Shown here one piece after another: positions 9,324 to 19,734 of a stretch of 64,000 nucleotides of DNA (positions are counted from its first letter, which is position 1; each line of letters opens with the position of its first letter). Source of the DNA: a virus; the IMG/VR virus record IMGVR_UViG_3300035142_000030, positions 1 through 64,000 of that record; one strand, written 5' to 3'. The translations under genes and the position numbers were made by a program. The notes beneath the pieces were generated by a model. It had not been told where the DNA came from and ran no database searches. It was given only the letters and a program-made list of their open reading frames with translations.

Positions 9324-12300
9324 ATGGCGTTTAGTAACAGTGATCTTGATGTTTCGTTATATTTCGATTTAGATAACAATCGTTTTAGACTAAAAGATAA
9401 TTCAGACTATGCAGGAGCATCTCCAGCAATAGCATTAGCAGATGTAGTGGGGGTGTACACATTGACTGATCCTAATTCAAATATATTACACCAGAATGTA
9501 GATTTTGACAGTCCAGACATAGATTTAGACAGCAGCTTGTATAGTTCGTATGTATCTTTTACTCCTACAGATGGAGATTATACATTGTTATATTCAGTAT
9601 ATGATTCAGATACTATTACAACTTATACAAAATCATTTACATTCACATATGACGCAGATGATATTCCTGATGTAGTTATAGGCATCGAGTCGAATGTAGG
9701 ATTGGCAACTATTGAAGCGACAGATGAAACAGCATATGGAGCTACTATAACCCTAAATAGCAGAACACATACTTTAACATATCCTAGTACATGGGGAAGT
9801 ACTACATCAACAAGCATATTAGTAGACACTATATCTCTTACAGATTTATATACAGGAGAGTATTCTGATACTATTACTTCAGATATTACTATAACAGGAA
9901 CAGATAACCTTATTTTAGAGAAAACAATTACAGGAACTCAAACTCACGATGTTTGGGATCAGGATGGTTATTATGCAGTAAGAACAGCATTAGATACGTT
10001 TTATGATAGATGGACTACAGCACAAACAGATAATCCTAAAAAAGGAAGAGAATACGCAGAAAAATGGAATAAGATAAGTGCTAATTATGGGATGTATAAT
10101 GCACATAAACAGAATGGAGATTTAGAGAATGCAGGAGAGTATCTAAATAACATTAAAACATTATTAGCAGCAGAGGGTATAGATACGACTATAGACCCTA
10201 GTGTTAGCGTTCCAGTTACAGCATCTATTCCAGGATATGCAGCCCAATGGCTTAGTGGAAGCGGAGCGCCAGCCGCAAGTTTAGGTAGAATTGTAGATTT
10301 TTACTATAGAGAGGACACTAATGGGATTTATTCGAAAGCTACAGGCAGTTGGGTTTTAATTGGTACAGCAGGGGCTAATACTATTATAGAATTTAGTGCT
10401 GATGGGGCTACTGGATGGACGACGACATATGCAAATGGATTAAATTATATAAGATTTAGTGGAAATGGAGGTATAACATGGACTGTTGCAGCTAAATTTA
10501 TAGATGGATATTATTATTATGCTTATGCTAGTGATGATAGTGGTACAGATTTTATATGTAATGATAATCCAACTTTTATATTTAATCCAGTATTAGAATA
10601 TATAGCTATTAAAAAGTTTAGTTCATCTCATAATGGAGATTTAGTTGCAGGAGACTTTAGTGGATTATTTACTAAATATAGAGATAATGGGATAATAGCA
10701 TATTGCACAACTCCTTCTGTGGGAATATCTACTGATTCGGATGGTAATAATCCTATATTTCCAGCAACTAATCCAAAGGTATTAGTTCAAGATGGAGAAA
10801 ATGATGTAACAAGTAATTGGACTGTTGCTATATCTGATACTACTGGTGTTACTGCATCTATAGTTAGTGATAATCAAGTTGATATTACTGGAATATCTGC
10901 TAATGTTGGAAGTATTGAAATAACTTGCAGTAGATCAGGATATGATGATTTACAGGTTATTATAGCAGTTTTTAAGTCTAAGGATGCAGCTACAAATATT
11001 AATCTTAGTAGTATTGATAATTTAACATTGGAAATTACTGATGCTTATGGTAGAATGGGAAATATTACTAGCATTAGTGGTATGGATAAACCTTCTATTA
11101 CTAAATTAGATTACAGAACTATTGCTTATATTGATGAAGGAAATCATTTATTATCTACATATAGATATGATGTTGATTCTAAAAATTTCCAACTTGTAGG
11201 CAACACTCTTGATATAGGTGGAACTATAGTAAAGCCAGCAATTTCAGCTTTAAATTCTACTACCATTGCTTTAATAGAAGAAACAGGAGATGCGCTAACT
11301 GTGTATAGTTGGGATGGAACTGATTGGACTTCTGTTGGAACGCCTTTAGTTAGGTCTGGGTCTGATTTTGCATTAACAAAATTAGATACGAATAGAATTG
11401 TTTTAGTTGATGGAGTTAACATTGAAACTTATGATTGGGATATAGGGACAGAAACATGGTCTAAAGTAGGAAATACTTTAGATATTGAAACTGCTGGATC
11501 AGCTACTTACGGTTGGACGTTTAGCGGATTACCTTCAGTTACAGCTATAGATAGTGAAACTGTTGCATATTCTATAGATGCTCAATCAAGTTTAGGTACA
11601 GGAGTACATATAATGATAATAACATTTAATGGCACTAATTGGTCATTAAATATAGCTAGTGTTGGTACAGAAGGTCAAGAAGGGAATGTAGCTGTAGAAT
11701 ATATAGGGCAAGATTCTAGTGGTTATGATAATGTTCTTATGTCTATAGGAAGGGATGGGGTTGATTCAGATAATAAATTGGCATTATGGATTTGGGAAGG
11801 TTCTGGAATTTTTTATTTAGACGATGATGTAAATCTACAAAGTACTACTAATTGTAATGCTTCCATATCTATACTTGAGATATTAGACATTGATGCAGGA
11901 GAATTACATGTGTTACGTGCGGAAGATGGTAACAATAGGTTGGAATTTTATAACCCTTTTAATCCTTCAATAGTGTATGTAGGTAGAGAAGGGGTGAGAG
12001 AATATACGTTAAGTGATGGTGTTTTTGACGGAGAAACTATAACAAGAGATAATGATGGAAAGTTTTTAGTAGATTTTGTTGATTTAGATAAGACTTTTAA
12101 AAAGGTAAGTGATTCATCTGAAGTTTTTGAAGTTGATTACACCGAAGCTTTATTTTATGCTGGTGGTGTAGCTCCGTTAACTGAAACAAGAATAGCTATT
12201 TTATATGCAGATTCTCCTGGAGGGTTTTATCTAAAAACTATAGATTATAATAATGGTATATGGTCTATAGTAGGTAATACTTCTTCTTCTTTAACTAATT

Positions 12301-13022
12301 TCGGAACGTCAGGAATCAAGTTGGAGAATTTTGGTAAAAATAGAGTTTTAGCTTTCGGTTCACCAACTCCTAGTTGGAGTACGTTAGAGGTGTTTAGTTT
12401 TGATGGAACTAATTGGAGTAGTGATGGTTCTCAATTATTAGATTTTACTACAGGAAACTTAGCGGTTAATTGTGTAACTGTTGTTGATGATGAACATGTG
12501 ATTGTTGCTCTTGCAGATCAAAGGACAACAGGACACATTACACTTAGAAAATATCAATTTACTGGGGGAAGTTTTTCACAAGTCGGTAATGATTTTCAGA
12601 TTGTAGATACTTCTGTTACACATAGTCCTAACATAGACTTTCAAATGGAAAAAATTAATGAATCATATTTTTATATGTATTATTATATAAATGCTACAGG
12701 ATTAAATTATTTTGGAAAATTTCATTTTGATGGTACTAACTTTACGCAAGTGTCTTCTGAAAATATAGATTTAGGAGCTGGTATTTCAATAAAATGTTTA
12801 CAAGATGGCACTTTATTAATATGGAGAGATACGACAGAGAAGATATATAATTATAAGTATATAAATGGAGCTTTACATGTTCTTGATAGTGGCACAACGT
12901 TGAGAGCTTCTGTAGATTATGGTGTAATTAATCTTATGTTTGATGGGAAGATTTTAGGACATTATACTGGAACTAGTGCCGATACTCCAGTTGATTTGTA
13001 TTTTAGATATAAATTTTCATAG
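9324..13022 (+). CDS. Large virion fibre/receptor-binding protein with beta-propeller repeats
   Basis: 1232 aa, T/S/D/G-rich; WLSGSGAPAASLG fibre motif; about 8 repeats of [YF]x[FW]DG[TS]x[WF]SxVGN. Confidence 0.65.
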   Translation: MAFSNSDLDVSLYFDLDNNRFRLKDNSDYAGASPAIALADVVGVYTLTDPNSNILHQNVDFDSPDIDLDSSLYSSYVSFTPTDGDYTLLYSVYDSDTITTYTKSFTFTYDADDIPDVVIGIESNVGLATIEATDETAYGATITLNSRTHTLTYPSTWGSTTSTSILVDTISLTDLYTGEYSDTITSDITITGTDNLILEKTITGTQTHDVWDQDGYYAVRTALDTFYDRWTTAQTDNPKKGREYAEKWNKISANYGMYNAHKQNGDLENAGEYLNNIKTLLAAEGIDTTIDPSVSVPVTASIPGYAAQWLSGSGAPAASLGRIVDFYYREDTNGIYSKATGSWVLIGTAGANTIIEFSADGATGWTTTYANGLNYIRFSGNGGITWTVAAKFIDGYYYYAYASDDSGTDFICNDNPTFIFNPVLEYIAIKKFSSSHNGDLVAGDFSGLFTKYRDNGIIAYCTTPSVGISTDSDGNNPIFPATNPKVLVQDGENDVTSNWTVAISDTTGVTASIVSDNQVDITGISANVGSIEITCSRSGYDDLQVIIAVFKSKDAATNINLSSIDNLTLEITDAYGRMGNITSISGMDKPSITKLDYRTIAYIDEGNHLLSTYRYDVDSKNFQLVGNTLDIGGTIVKPAISALNSTTIALIEETGDALTVYSWDGTDWTSVGTPLVRSGSDFALTKLDTNRIVLVDGVNIETYDWDIGTETWSKVGNTLDIETAGSATYGWTFSGLPSVTAIDSETVAYSIDAQSSLGTGVHIMIITFNGTNWSLNIASVGTEGQEGNVAVEYIGQDSSGYDNVLMSIGRDGVDSDNKLALWIWEGSGIFYLDDDVNLQSTTNCNASISILEILDIDAGELHVLRAEDGNNRLEFYNPFNPSIVYVGREGVREYTLSDGVFDGETITRDNDGKFLVDFVDLDKTFKKVSDSSEVFEVDYTEALFYAGGVAPLTETRIAILYADSPGGFYLKTIDYNNGIWSIVGNTSSSLTNFGTSGIKLENFGKNRVLAFGSPTPSWSTLEVFSFDGTNWSSDGSQLLDFTTGNLAVNCVTVVDDEHVIVALADQRTTGHITLRKYQFTGGSFSQVGNDFQIVDTSVTHSPNIDFQMEKINESYFYMYYYINATGLNYFGKFHFDGTNFTQVSSENIDLGAGISIKCLQDGTLLIWRDTTEKIYNYKYINGALHVLDSGTTLRASVDYGVINLMFDGKILGHYTGTSADTPVDLYFRYKFS

Positions 13023-13382
13023 ATGAGAAAAATTATTTTATGTTTGTTATTATTATTGTTATCTTTTATAGGTTTATCCCAAGTTAGGGATACTATAATT
13101 ATTGATAACATAAAATATGAAATTATTATTAATACTATAACCCATAAGGTTAAGAGTTGTGAAATAATAGAAGAGGAAACATTTTTTGAAAAAATTTATA
13201 TTGGATTTTCTACTCCTATAAATTATGGAAATTATAAGCAAGAGATTATATACGATGCTAGTGAGTGGGGAAAACTGTCGTTGGGATATGATTTTGGACA
13301 TAAAGCAATAACTATTGGAGCTTATGTTAGTTTAGGAAGGTTACATAAAAGAGAAGACAAAATTAATGTAATATATTTTTAG
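13023..13382 (+). CDS. Hypothetical secreted/outer-membrane-like protein
   Basis: N-terminal signal peptide MRKIILCLLLLLLSFIGLSQ. Confidence 0.5.
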   Translation: MRKIILCLLLLLLSFIGLSQVRDTIIIDNIKYEIIINTITHKVKSCEIIEEETFFEKIYIGFSTPINYGNYKQEIIYDASEWGKLSLGYDFGHKAITIGAYVSLGRLHKREDKINVIYF

Positions 13383-13384
13383 AT

Positions 13385-14134
13385 ATGGCTTACACAAATA
13401 ATGATATATTAAATATAATCAACTTCACTATACGTAAAGATACTAATGGACAACCTCTAACACAAGAAAGGTTTACGAATCTATTAGATATGAGAGGATT
13501 AGAATATTTTGAGGAAATGTATGATAGATACGAACAGACTCAAGAGATGACTGATTCCTTAAAAAGATTTAAAGTGACAAATAGTTCTTTAACGCCTAGT
13601 GGTACAAATTATTTAACAATACCCACTAACTATGCTCATTCAGGATATTTATATTATAAAAAAGAAGGTATAGATATAAGGCCAGTAGAAATTGTGAGTG
13701 ACGATCAATTTATGATGAGGCAAAGTTCATCAATAGAAGTCCCTAGCTCTAGTTATCCTATTGCAAGATTTACTACTGATTATATAGAATATTTACCTGC
13801 AACATTAGATGATAATTATTTTACTCTATCTTATTTGAGGTATCCAACATCTCCAGTATATGATTATTATATAGATGCTAATGGTATTGTACAGTATTTA
13901 GAGGTGGGAGAAGGTCATAATTGGTCTGATGGAGAAACAGATTCAAGTGGAGTAGTACATAATGAAGCTAGTACGTCTGTAAGTGGATACGAATATACAT
14001 CACAAACAGTAGAGTTGGATTTTAATGAAGAAGACAAGTTAAAGATAGCGGCTAAGATATTACAATCTATGAGTATTTCGATTAATGAAGCAGGAGTGTT
14101 CCAGTACGCAGAAAAAATTAAAAACGAAAGCTAA
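13385..14134 (+). CDS. Tail ring/tubular protein
   Basis: 249 aa; LKRF and LSYLRYP motifs as in crAss-like ring proteins. Confidence 0.65.
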   Translation: MAYTNNDILNIINFTIRKDTNGQPLTQERFTNLLDMRGLEYFEEMYDRYEQTQEMTDSLKRFKVTNSSLTPSGTNYLTIPTNYAHSGYLYYKKEGIDIRPVEIVSDDQFMMRQSSSIEVPSSSYPIARFTTDYIEYLPATLDDNYFTLSYLRYPTSPVYDYYIDANGIVQYLEVGEGHNWSDGETDSSGVVHNEASTSVSGYEYTSQTVELDFNEEDKLKIAAKILQSMSISINEAGVFQYAEKIKNES

Positions 14135-14763
14135 TGATTACTAAAAAAGAATTAATAGAGCTAGTAAGGCATCGAGTGAATGGAGAATTTCAAGCCAAGC
14201 AGCTAGGTAAGGTTGGAGATCAGATGTTAGCTTATTATATAGGAAGAGCATTTAATCAGATGCTCATTGAGGTTTTTAGACGTAATCTAGCAAACTTTGA
14301 TCCTTATACAAAAGAATATACAGGTATAGCTATAAGTCAAGATGAAACTACTAATGTTTATTATTCCACATTACCAGCACCAGTAGTACAGTTACCTAGA
14401 ATAGGTGATGGAGTGTTACAGGTAAGTGGAGACACTAGCGCAAGTTTAGAATTTGTGCCAATAACAAACAATTGTTTGCAGGTTAAAGATGGATTAGATG
14501 TAGATACGATAGATGATGTTGTTGGTTATTGTTTTAAGAATGGTCGAATAGAATATCAGGGGATAACTAACACGATTGCAGAAGGAACGGTCAGAATGCT
14601 TCTTGTAATACCTTTTGAGGAATATTTAGAAGATGACTATGTTCAGATACCAACAGGTACAGATGAAGCTCTTATACGGTCTGTAATTGATCTTCTTATA
14701 GGTACTCCAGATGCAGATAGAGCTAACAACGCAAATTCACTAAATAAAAATATGATACAATAA
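14134..14763 (+). CDS. Tail ring protein (putative)
   Basis: 209 aa, TAATG-coupled, between ring-protein genes. Confidence 0.55.
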   Translation: MITKKELIELVRHRVNGEFQAKQLGKVGDQMLAYYIGRAFNQMLIEVFRRNLANFDPYTKEYTGIAISQDETTNVYYSTLPAPVVQLPRIGDGVLQVSGDTSASLEFVPITNNCLQVKDGLDVDTIDDVVGYCFKNGRIEYQGITNTIAEGTVRMLLVIPFEEYLEDDYVQIPTGTDEALIRSVIDLLIGTPDADRANNANSLNKNMIQ

Positions 14764-15482
14764 TGGCACACTCAAGTGGATGGATAAGTATAAAAAACAT
14801 GACTAAAGAAATACTTCTTGAGACAGGTCGTGATATGGGAGAATATAAGAAGTTAATGCACTATGTTATTAACGGGGTTCGAGACCTTAACATATACCAT
14901 TATGACAACGTAAAGACGGTAAAGAAAATATGCAATGATATAGGAGTTATAAACTTCCCTTCAGATTATGTGAGCTTTGTATCATTAGCTATGGCTGATG
15001 GAGGATTAATATGGACACTTACACGTAGAGATGATCTGATACGCACAACAACTGAATTAAACGGAGACGAAACTTTAGATTCTACTATTGGAGAAGGGGT
15101 AGATATAGATACAGGAACGAATTATGGATATAAAACTATCGGAGGGAAGAACGATTATTATTATACTTTAGAGGAAGAAAATAATAGGATAATAGTAAGA
15201 CCAGTTTCTACTACTAGAACATTTTTCTTACAATATATTACATCAGGAATAGATTTAGATGATGGAAACGAAACAACCATTCCAGTAAAAATTAAAGAAG
15301 CATTAAAATATTGGGTTTTATATAAAGAAGCTATGAATAGCGATAGTGGAAATAAGAATCTTGTGGCTATGTATAAGAACGAATACAGAGAAGAAGTAAG
15401 CAAATTAAGATTCTTACAGCTTCCTACAGCAGACGAATTAAGAGATATGGTATATGCTAATTATGAAAGATTAAATAGATAA
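14763..15482 (+). CDS. Tail ring/tubular protein (P22 gp4-like, putative)
   Basis: 239 aa; INFPSDYV and LQYITSG motifs; directly upstream of the stabilisation protein. Confidence 0.6.
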   Translation: MAHSSGWISIKNMTKEILLETGRDMGEYKKLMHYVINGVRDLNIYHYDNVKTVKKICNDIGVINFPSDYVSFVSLAMADGGLIWTLTRRDDLIRTTTELNGDETLDSTIGEGVDIDTGTNYGYKTIGGKNDYYYTLEEENNRIIVRPVSTTRTFFLQYITSGIDLDDGNETTIPVKIKEALKYWVLYKEAMNSDSGNKNLVAMYKNEYREEVSKLRFLQLPTADELRDMVYANYERLNR

Positions 15483-18400
15483 TGAACGATATTACAGATC
15501 AAATATTATTTACAGGTGGATTAGATCAAGACTCAGATGAGAAGTTTATACAACAGGGAGATTATGTGGATGCTAAGAATATAATTACAGTTGAAGATGG
15601 GAGTAAAGGTATAGTTATTAACATTAAAGGAAATGAGTTTATTTTTTCTGCTGGAGGATATGGAAACTATATATATGATTTACTAGGATGGACATATTAT
15701 GACAGGACAAACAGCGTTATTTTATTTCTCAAAGGAGTTCAGACAGGTTCTCCAGTTGTGGGGCAATTAGAGCAAATTATAGAATATAATCCAGAAAGTG
15801 ATTCGTCTACAGTTCTTATTGATGACACCGATGTATCTTTAGGTTTTTTAGACCCCAAAACTAATGATTATTACATTGATATAAAAGTAGCAGGAGATTG
15901 GTTGGCATGGGCAGACAATGTAAATCCTCCTCGTATGATTAATATTGAAGACGTTAGGAATGGAAATATTACTATAAATGAGGCATATCTAGATTTACAT
16001 AAAAAAAGACCAACAGCATCATCAGCAAGCAAGCATATTCCTCCATTGGTTTCGTTGGGATATGATTCCGATAAAGAATACAACAATTTAGATACAGGAT
16101 ATCAATTTAAATATAGATTTGGTTATTCAGATTTTAGATATAGCACATGGAGTCCCGCTTCTGATTTGGCTATTAATCGTAATTTAGTTAGAGCGGGAGA
16201 TAATTACAATTTGTTAGGGACAGAGAATTACATTGATGTACAATTTAATTCGGGAGATGTTAATGTAGATTATATAGATATAGCAGTTCGTGAAGGAAAT
16301 ACTGGTAATTGGTTTCGTATTATTAAGATAGATAAAAGCGATCCAGAAAAAGTATACAGTACAGGAGGTGTTTTACAAACAAGTGCATTGTCTGACGACA
16401 CAGATTATGATTATAGGTTTTATAATAATGAAGGTAGAATAGCTGTTAGTAATGACGAAGCTAATAAAGCTTATGACATCGTTCCAGATACATGTGAAAC
16501 TTTATCTTTTATTGGGGATAATAGATTAGTGTTAGGAGGATGTGTTGAGGGTAAAAATCTAATTAATATAGATGTTAGCTTATCTGCTTATGATGTTTCA
16601 ATAAACCAATTTGAGTCTTTAGGAATTAGTTCCGTTACTTTTTCTGGAAACAAAGTATATGTTGATTTTGATCTTTCTAATTGTATTTTTGATGACAACG
16701 GTGAAGCTTTAGCAGGAGACTATGTTTATTTTTATTATAGGGTTGAGGTAACCTTAACACTTGGTGCATCAGATACAGCTGAAGCTGATCCGACTTATTG
16801 TGTGTTTCCAAATAATATTACGGGGATTGATAATATAGGAAATTATTTAGCAGACAATTTAACGATTGGAGATAGTAGAAGTTACAATAGTTCAACAAAT
16901 GTATTGAGGATAACATATCAATATCCTGGATACAATGTAACAGGTGTTCAGTCTCCACCTTACACGACTGACAGTTCCTTAATATTTACTAAATCATATG
17001 ACTTAAACACCTCTACTACAGGGTACGTAAATGATTTAGGTTTTAGTGATGGAACTACTCATAAATTTGCATTAATTTATGAAGATAAATATGGAGTTAA
17101 GTATCCAGCACTAACATCTTCAGACACAGAAATAGAAATTGAACCGATATCCAGTGGTACAACTCCAAAACACAGGTCTATAAGCTATACTATAAATAAT
17201 ACAGCACCATCAGGAGCAGTTGCTTATAGATGGGCGTATGCTTACAAACAAAAGAATTTTGTACAAACAATTATAACAGATGTTAGTCAATTTGAAGACG
17301 AAACAGGAGACCTTAATACAAATATGTTAGCTTTAGATGTATCAGGTTATAGTCAAATTGATAATTTTGGATATACCTTTGAATCTGGGGATCATATTCG
17401 CATAATAAGGGAGGGAGGGAGTTATGGTTCTCTTGGATCATATGTTGATGACGCTCCTTTTTTTGTTGTTGAAGACGTTAAGAGCGTTATTAATGATGGA
17501 AGTGACGATCTTTATGGGAAATGGTTAATTATCAAACAATCTTTAGTAGACGGATATTCCATATCAAATATAGGAGACCCATCTAAATTTATGAACGCTT
17601 TTATAGAAGTGCGAAAGTTAGAAGAACAAGACCAAGATTATGTGTTTTATGAAATAGGTAGTGGAGGGTATTGTGTAGGCGGAACTACGAATCACGATGA
17701 TTGGTTTACTGGAACAAATACTGGATATCTAAATCAAGGAGACGTTTGGTATCGTAATATTGTTGGGTATAGGAGAGAAGCGTCTGGAAAGGGTTCTGTT
17801 TCAGCAGGATCACCTTTTGGGCAGTCTCCACTTCCTTATGTAAATGCGCCCCGTAGGGATGTTGGGATTGCAGATGTTAATGTTGAATTTCCAGAATCAG
17901 AAAATAAATATTTTAACATTATACGATGGTCTAATAACTTTATAGAAGATACTAAGGTAAATGGTTTGTCTACATTTGACAATTTAGATAGAGTTAAAGT
18001 ATCTGAAAATCATGGAAAGATTAAAGGATTAGAAGAATTAGGAGATAGTTTAGTTGTTATATGTGAAGAAAAGGTACTTAGTTCATATGTAGGAGCTACA
18101 GAGTATACAGATACGCAAGGAAATGTTAATGTAGTAAAAAGTACTACACCATTAAGTTACTTAAGGGCGCACAACGAAAGATATGGAACGTTCTTAAAAG
18201 AAAGCATTGTAAATACGGGTAGTTATATATACTTCTATGATTTATATAATGGAGTTGTAGTGCGCAAGTCTAAAAATGGATTATATCCTATATCTGGAAG
18301 AATAGAAACTTCTAATGGAGGGTATGACTATAAAATGAGAACATTCTTTAAACAGATATCTGATGATTTAGTTTCTACATTAGAAGATAATGACGTTTAT

Positions 18401-19030
18401 GATGTTAAATGTTTTATGGGATATGATCCATATTATGAGAACATTTACATTAAATTTTTAGATAGACAAACAGCAGCTAACAACAAATGCCTAATCTTTC
18501 ACGAGCCATCAAATAGGTGGATCGGAGAATATGAAGTAGATGATGGTAGTAATAAGTCTACATTATTCCCTTTTACTAAAAAAGATATATTTAGTTTTAT
18601 TGAATCAGATGGAGGTTTATATATATTAAACAGCGACAATGTTAATAGATGTAATATTTATGGATTAGCAAGAAGCTGTTACATCCAATTCGTAACGCAT
18701 GAAAAACCTAATCTAATAAAAGTATTTAACAGCATAGGTATACATGCAGACAGCCAATGGACAGTAGACCCTATAGAAGGGGAGGCGAATAGCAACTATC
18801 CTAATGGATTCTATTCTAAGATTATAGATAGCGAATTTATCAAAGAAGAAGGAGTGTGGAGAGTAGCTATGCCTCGAAATATGAAGACGCGTAGTTCGTC
18901 AGCAACTAATTACGATAGAATTAACGGTGATGAAGCTCGCGGATATGTATTAAAGTTTAAATTGACCAATAGTGATACTGATGAAGCTAAACTATTTAAA
19001 GTGGACATTAATTCAATAGTGAGTAAGTAA
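15482..19030 (+). CDS. Tail stabilisation/muzzle protein (P22 gp10-like)
   Basis: 1182 aa; FTGGLDQDSD...YVDAKNI N-terminus, WADNVNPPRMIN and YQFKYRF motifs typical of crAss-like tail stabilisation proteins. Confidence 0.8.
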   Translation: MNDITDQILFTGGLDQDSDEKFIQQGDYVDAKNIITVEDGSKGIVINIKGNEFIFSAGGYGNYIYDLLGWTYYDRTNSVILFLKGVQTGSPVVGQLEQIIEYNPESDSSTVLIDDTDVSLGFLDPKTNDYYIDIKVAGDWLAWADNVNPPRMINIEDVRNGNITINEAYLDLHKKRPTASSASKHIPPLVSLGYDSDKEYNNLDTGYQFKYRFGYSDFRYSTWSPASDLAINRNLVRAGDNYNLLGTENYIDVQFNSGDVNVDYIDIAVREGNTGNWFRIIKIDKSDPEKVYSTGGVLQTSALSDDTDYDYRFYNNEGRIAVSNDEANKAYDIVPDTCETLSFIGDNRLVLGGCVEGKNLINIDVSLSAYDVSINQFESLGISSVTFSGNKVYVDFDLSNCIFDDNGEALAGDYVYFYYRVEVTLTLGASDTAEADPTYCVFPNNITGIDNIGNYLADNLTIGDSRSYNSSTNVLRITYQYPGYNVTGVQSPPYTTDSSLIFTKSYDLNTSTTGYVNDLGFSDGTTHKFALIYEDKYGVKYPALTSSDTEIEIEPISSGTTPKHRSISYTINNTAPSGAVAYRWAYAYKQKNFVQTIITDVSQFEDETGDLNTNMLALDVSGYSQIDNFGYTFESGDHIRIIREGGSYGSLGSYVDDAPFFVVEDVKSVINDGSDDLYGKWLIIKQSLVDGYSISNIGDPSKFMNAFIEVRKLEEQDQDYVFYEIGSGGYCVGGTTNHDDWFTGTNTGYLNQGDVWYRNIVGYRREASGKGSVSAGSPFGQSPLPYVNAPRRDVGIADVNVEFPESENKYFNIIRWSNNFIEDTKVNGLSTFDNLDRVKVSENHGKIKGLEELGDSLVVICEEKVLSSYVGATEYTDTQGNVNVVKSTTPLSYLRAHNERYGTFLKESIVNTGSYIYFYDLYNGVVVRKSKNGLYPISGRIETSNGGYDYKMRTFFKQISDDLVSTLEDNDVYDVKCFMGYDPYYENIYIKFLDRQTAANNKCLIFHEPSNRWIGEYEVDDGSNKSTLFPFTKKDIFSFIESDGGLYILNSDNVNRCNIYGLARSCYIQFVTHEKPNLIKVFNSIGIHADSQWTVDPIEGEANSNYPNGFYSKIIDSEFIKEEGVWRVAMPRNMKTRSSSATNYDRINGDEARGYVLKFKLTNSDTDEAKLFKVDINSIVSK

Positions 19031-19057
19031 TATTTATATATTTATATGGTTGGGTTA

Positions 19058-19072
19058 AATTTAGTATATTTG
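19058..19072 (+). promoter_or_regulatory. -7 promoter element with AATTTAG extension
   Basis: AATTTAGTATATTTG, identical to 26981-26995. Confidence 0.65.
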
Positions 19073-19097
19073 TAAACAGTTTAAAATATTATAAGAT

Positions 19098-19697
19098 ATG
19101 AGTTTAGATATTGGCGCAATTGTACAAGGAGGTACTGGAATTGGCGAGATTGTTGCTGGCATGTTAATACAAGATAAAACAAGTGATAAGCTTAAATCTA
19201 ATTGGGAAGATAGACCTGTATACGAAATTCCAACAAGTATACAACAACAAGTAGAGCTGTTGAGACAAAGAGCCCAACAAGGATTACCGGGAGAAGATTT
19301 AATAAGTTCACAAATACAACAAGAGACAGCACAAGGAGTTTCGGCTAGTAGGGAAGCGGCAACGTCAGCAGCAGATTTGTTGGGAGCTACAACTAATTTA
19401 TATGGACAACAAACACAGGCTTTGACAGATTTGCAGATACAATCAGCAACGCAGAGAGCGGCTAATGAATTACAATATGCACAAGGTTTGGGGACTATGG
19501 CTCAATATGAAGATAAAGCTTGGAATTGGAACGAGAGTTTAGAGTGGCAAACTAGAAGGAATGAATTAATGGGAATACAACAATCTGCATATGATATGTT
19601 AGTAGGTGGCGTAAATACGCTAGCTCAATCAGGGGCTAATATGAGCGGTAGTGGTCAGAGCTTTAATACATCATCTAGTAACCCTAACAACTATTAA
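19098..19697 (+). CDS. Putative internal virion/ejection protein
   Basis: 199 aa, Q/A/G-rich with a hydrophobic Gly-rich N-terminus, follows the tail genes. Confidence 0.55.
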   Translation: MSLDIGAIVQGGTGIGEIVAGMLIQDKTSDKLKSNWEDRPVYEIPTSIQQQVELLRQRAQQGLPGEDLISSQIQQETAQGVSASREAATSAADLLGATTNLYGQQTQALTDLQIQSATQRAANELQYAQGLGTMAQYEDKAWNWNESLEWQTRRNELMGIQQSAYDMLVGGVNTLAQSGANMSGSGQSFNTSSSNPNNY

Positions 19698-19734
19698 TTC
19701 GAGGTCAATATATGTACAGATAAATAAACAACAT

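Noticed and set aside
9324-13022. Diversity-generating retroelement target
   Set aside because: No reverse transcriptase and no template/variable repeat pair noticed in the window
19651-19734. GTG start of track ORF 19651..21189
   Set aside because: Overlaps the upstream gene; the ATG at 19735 has the typical A-rich leader
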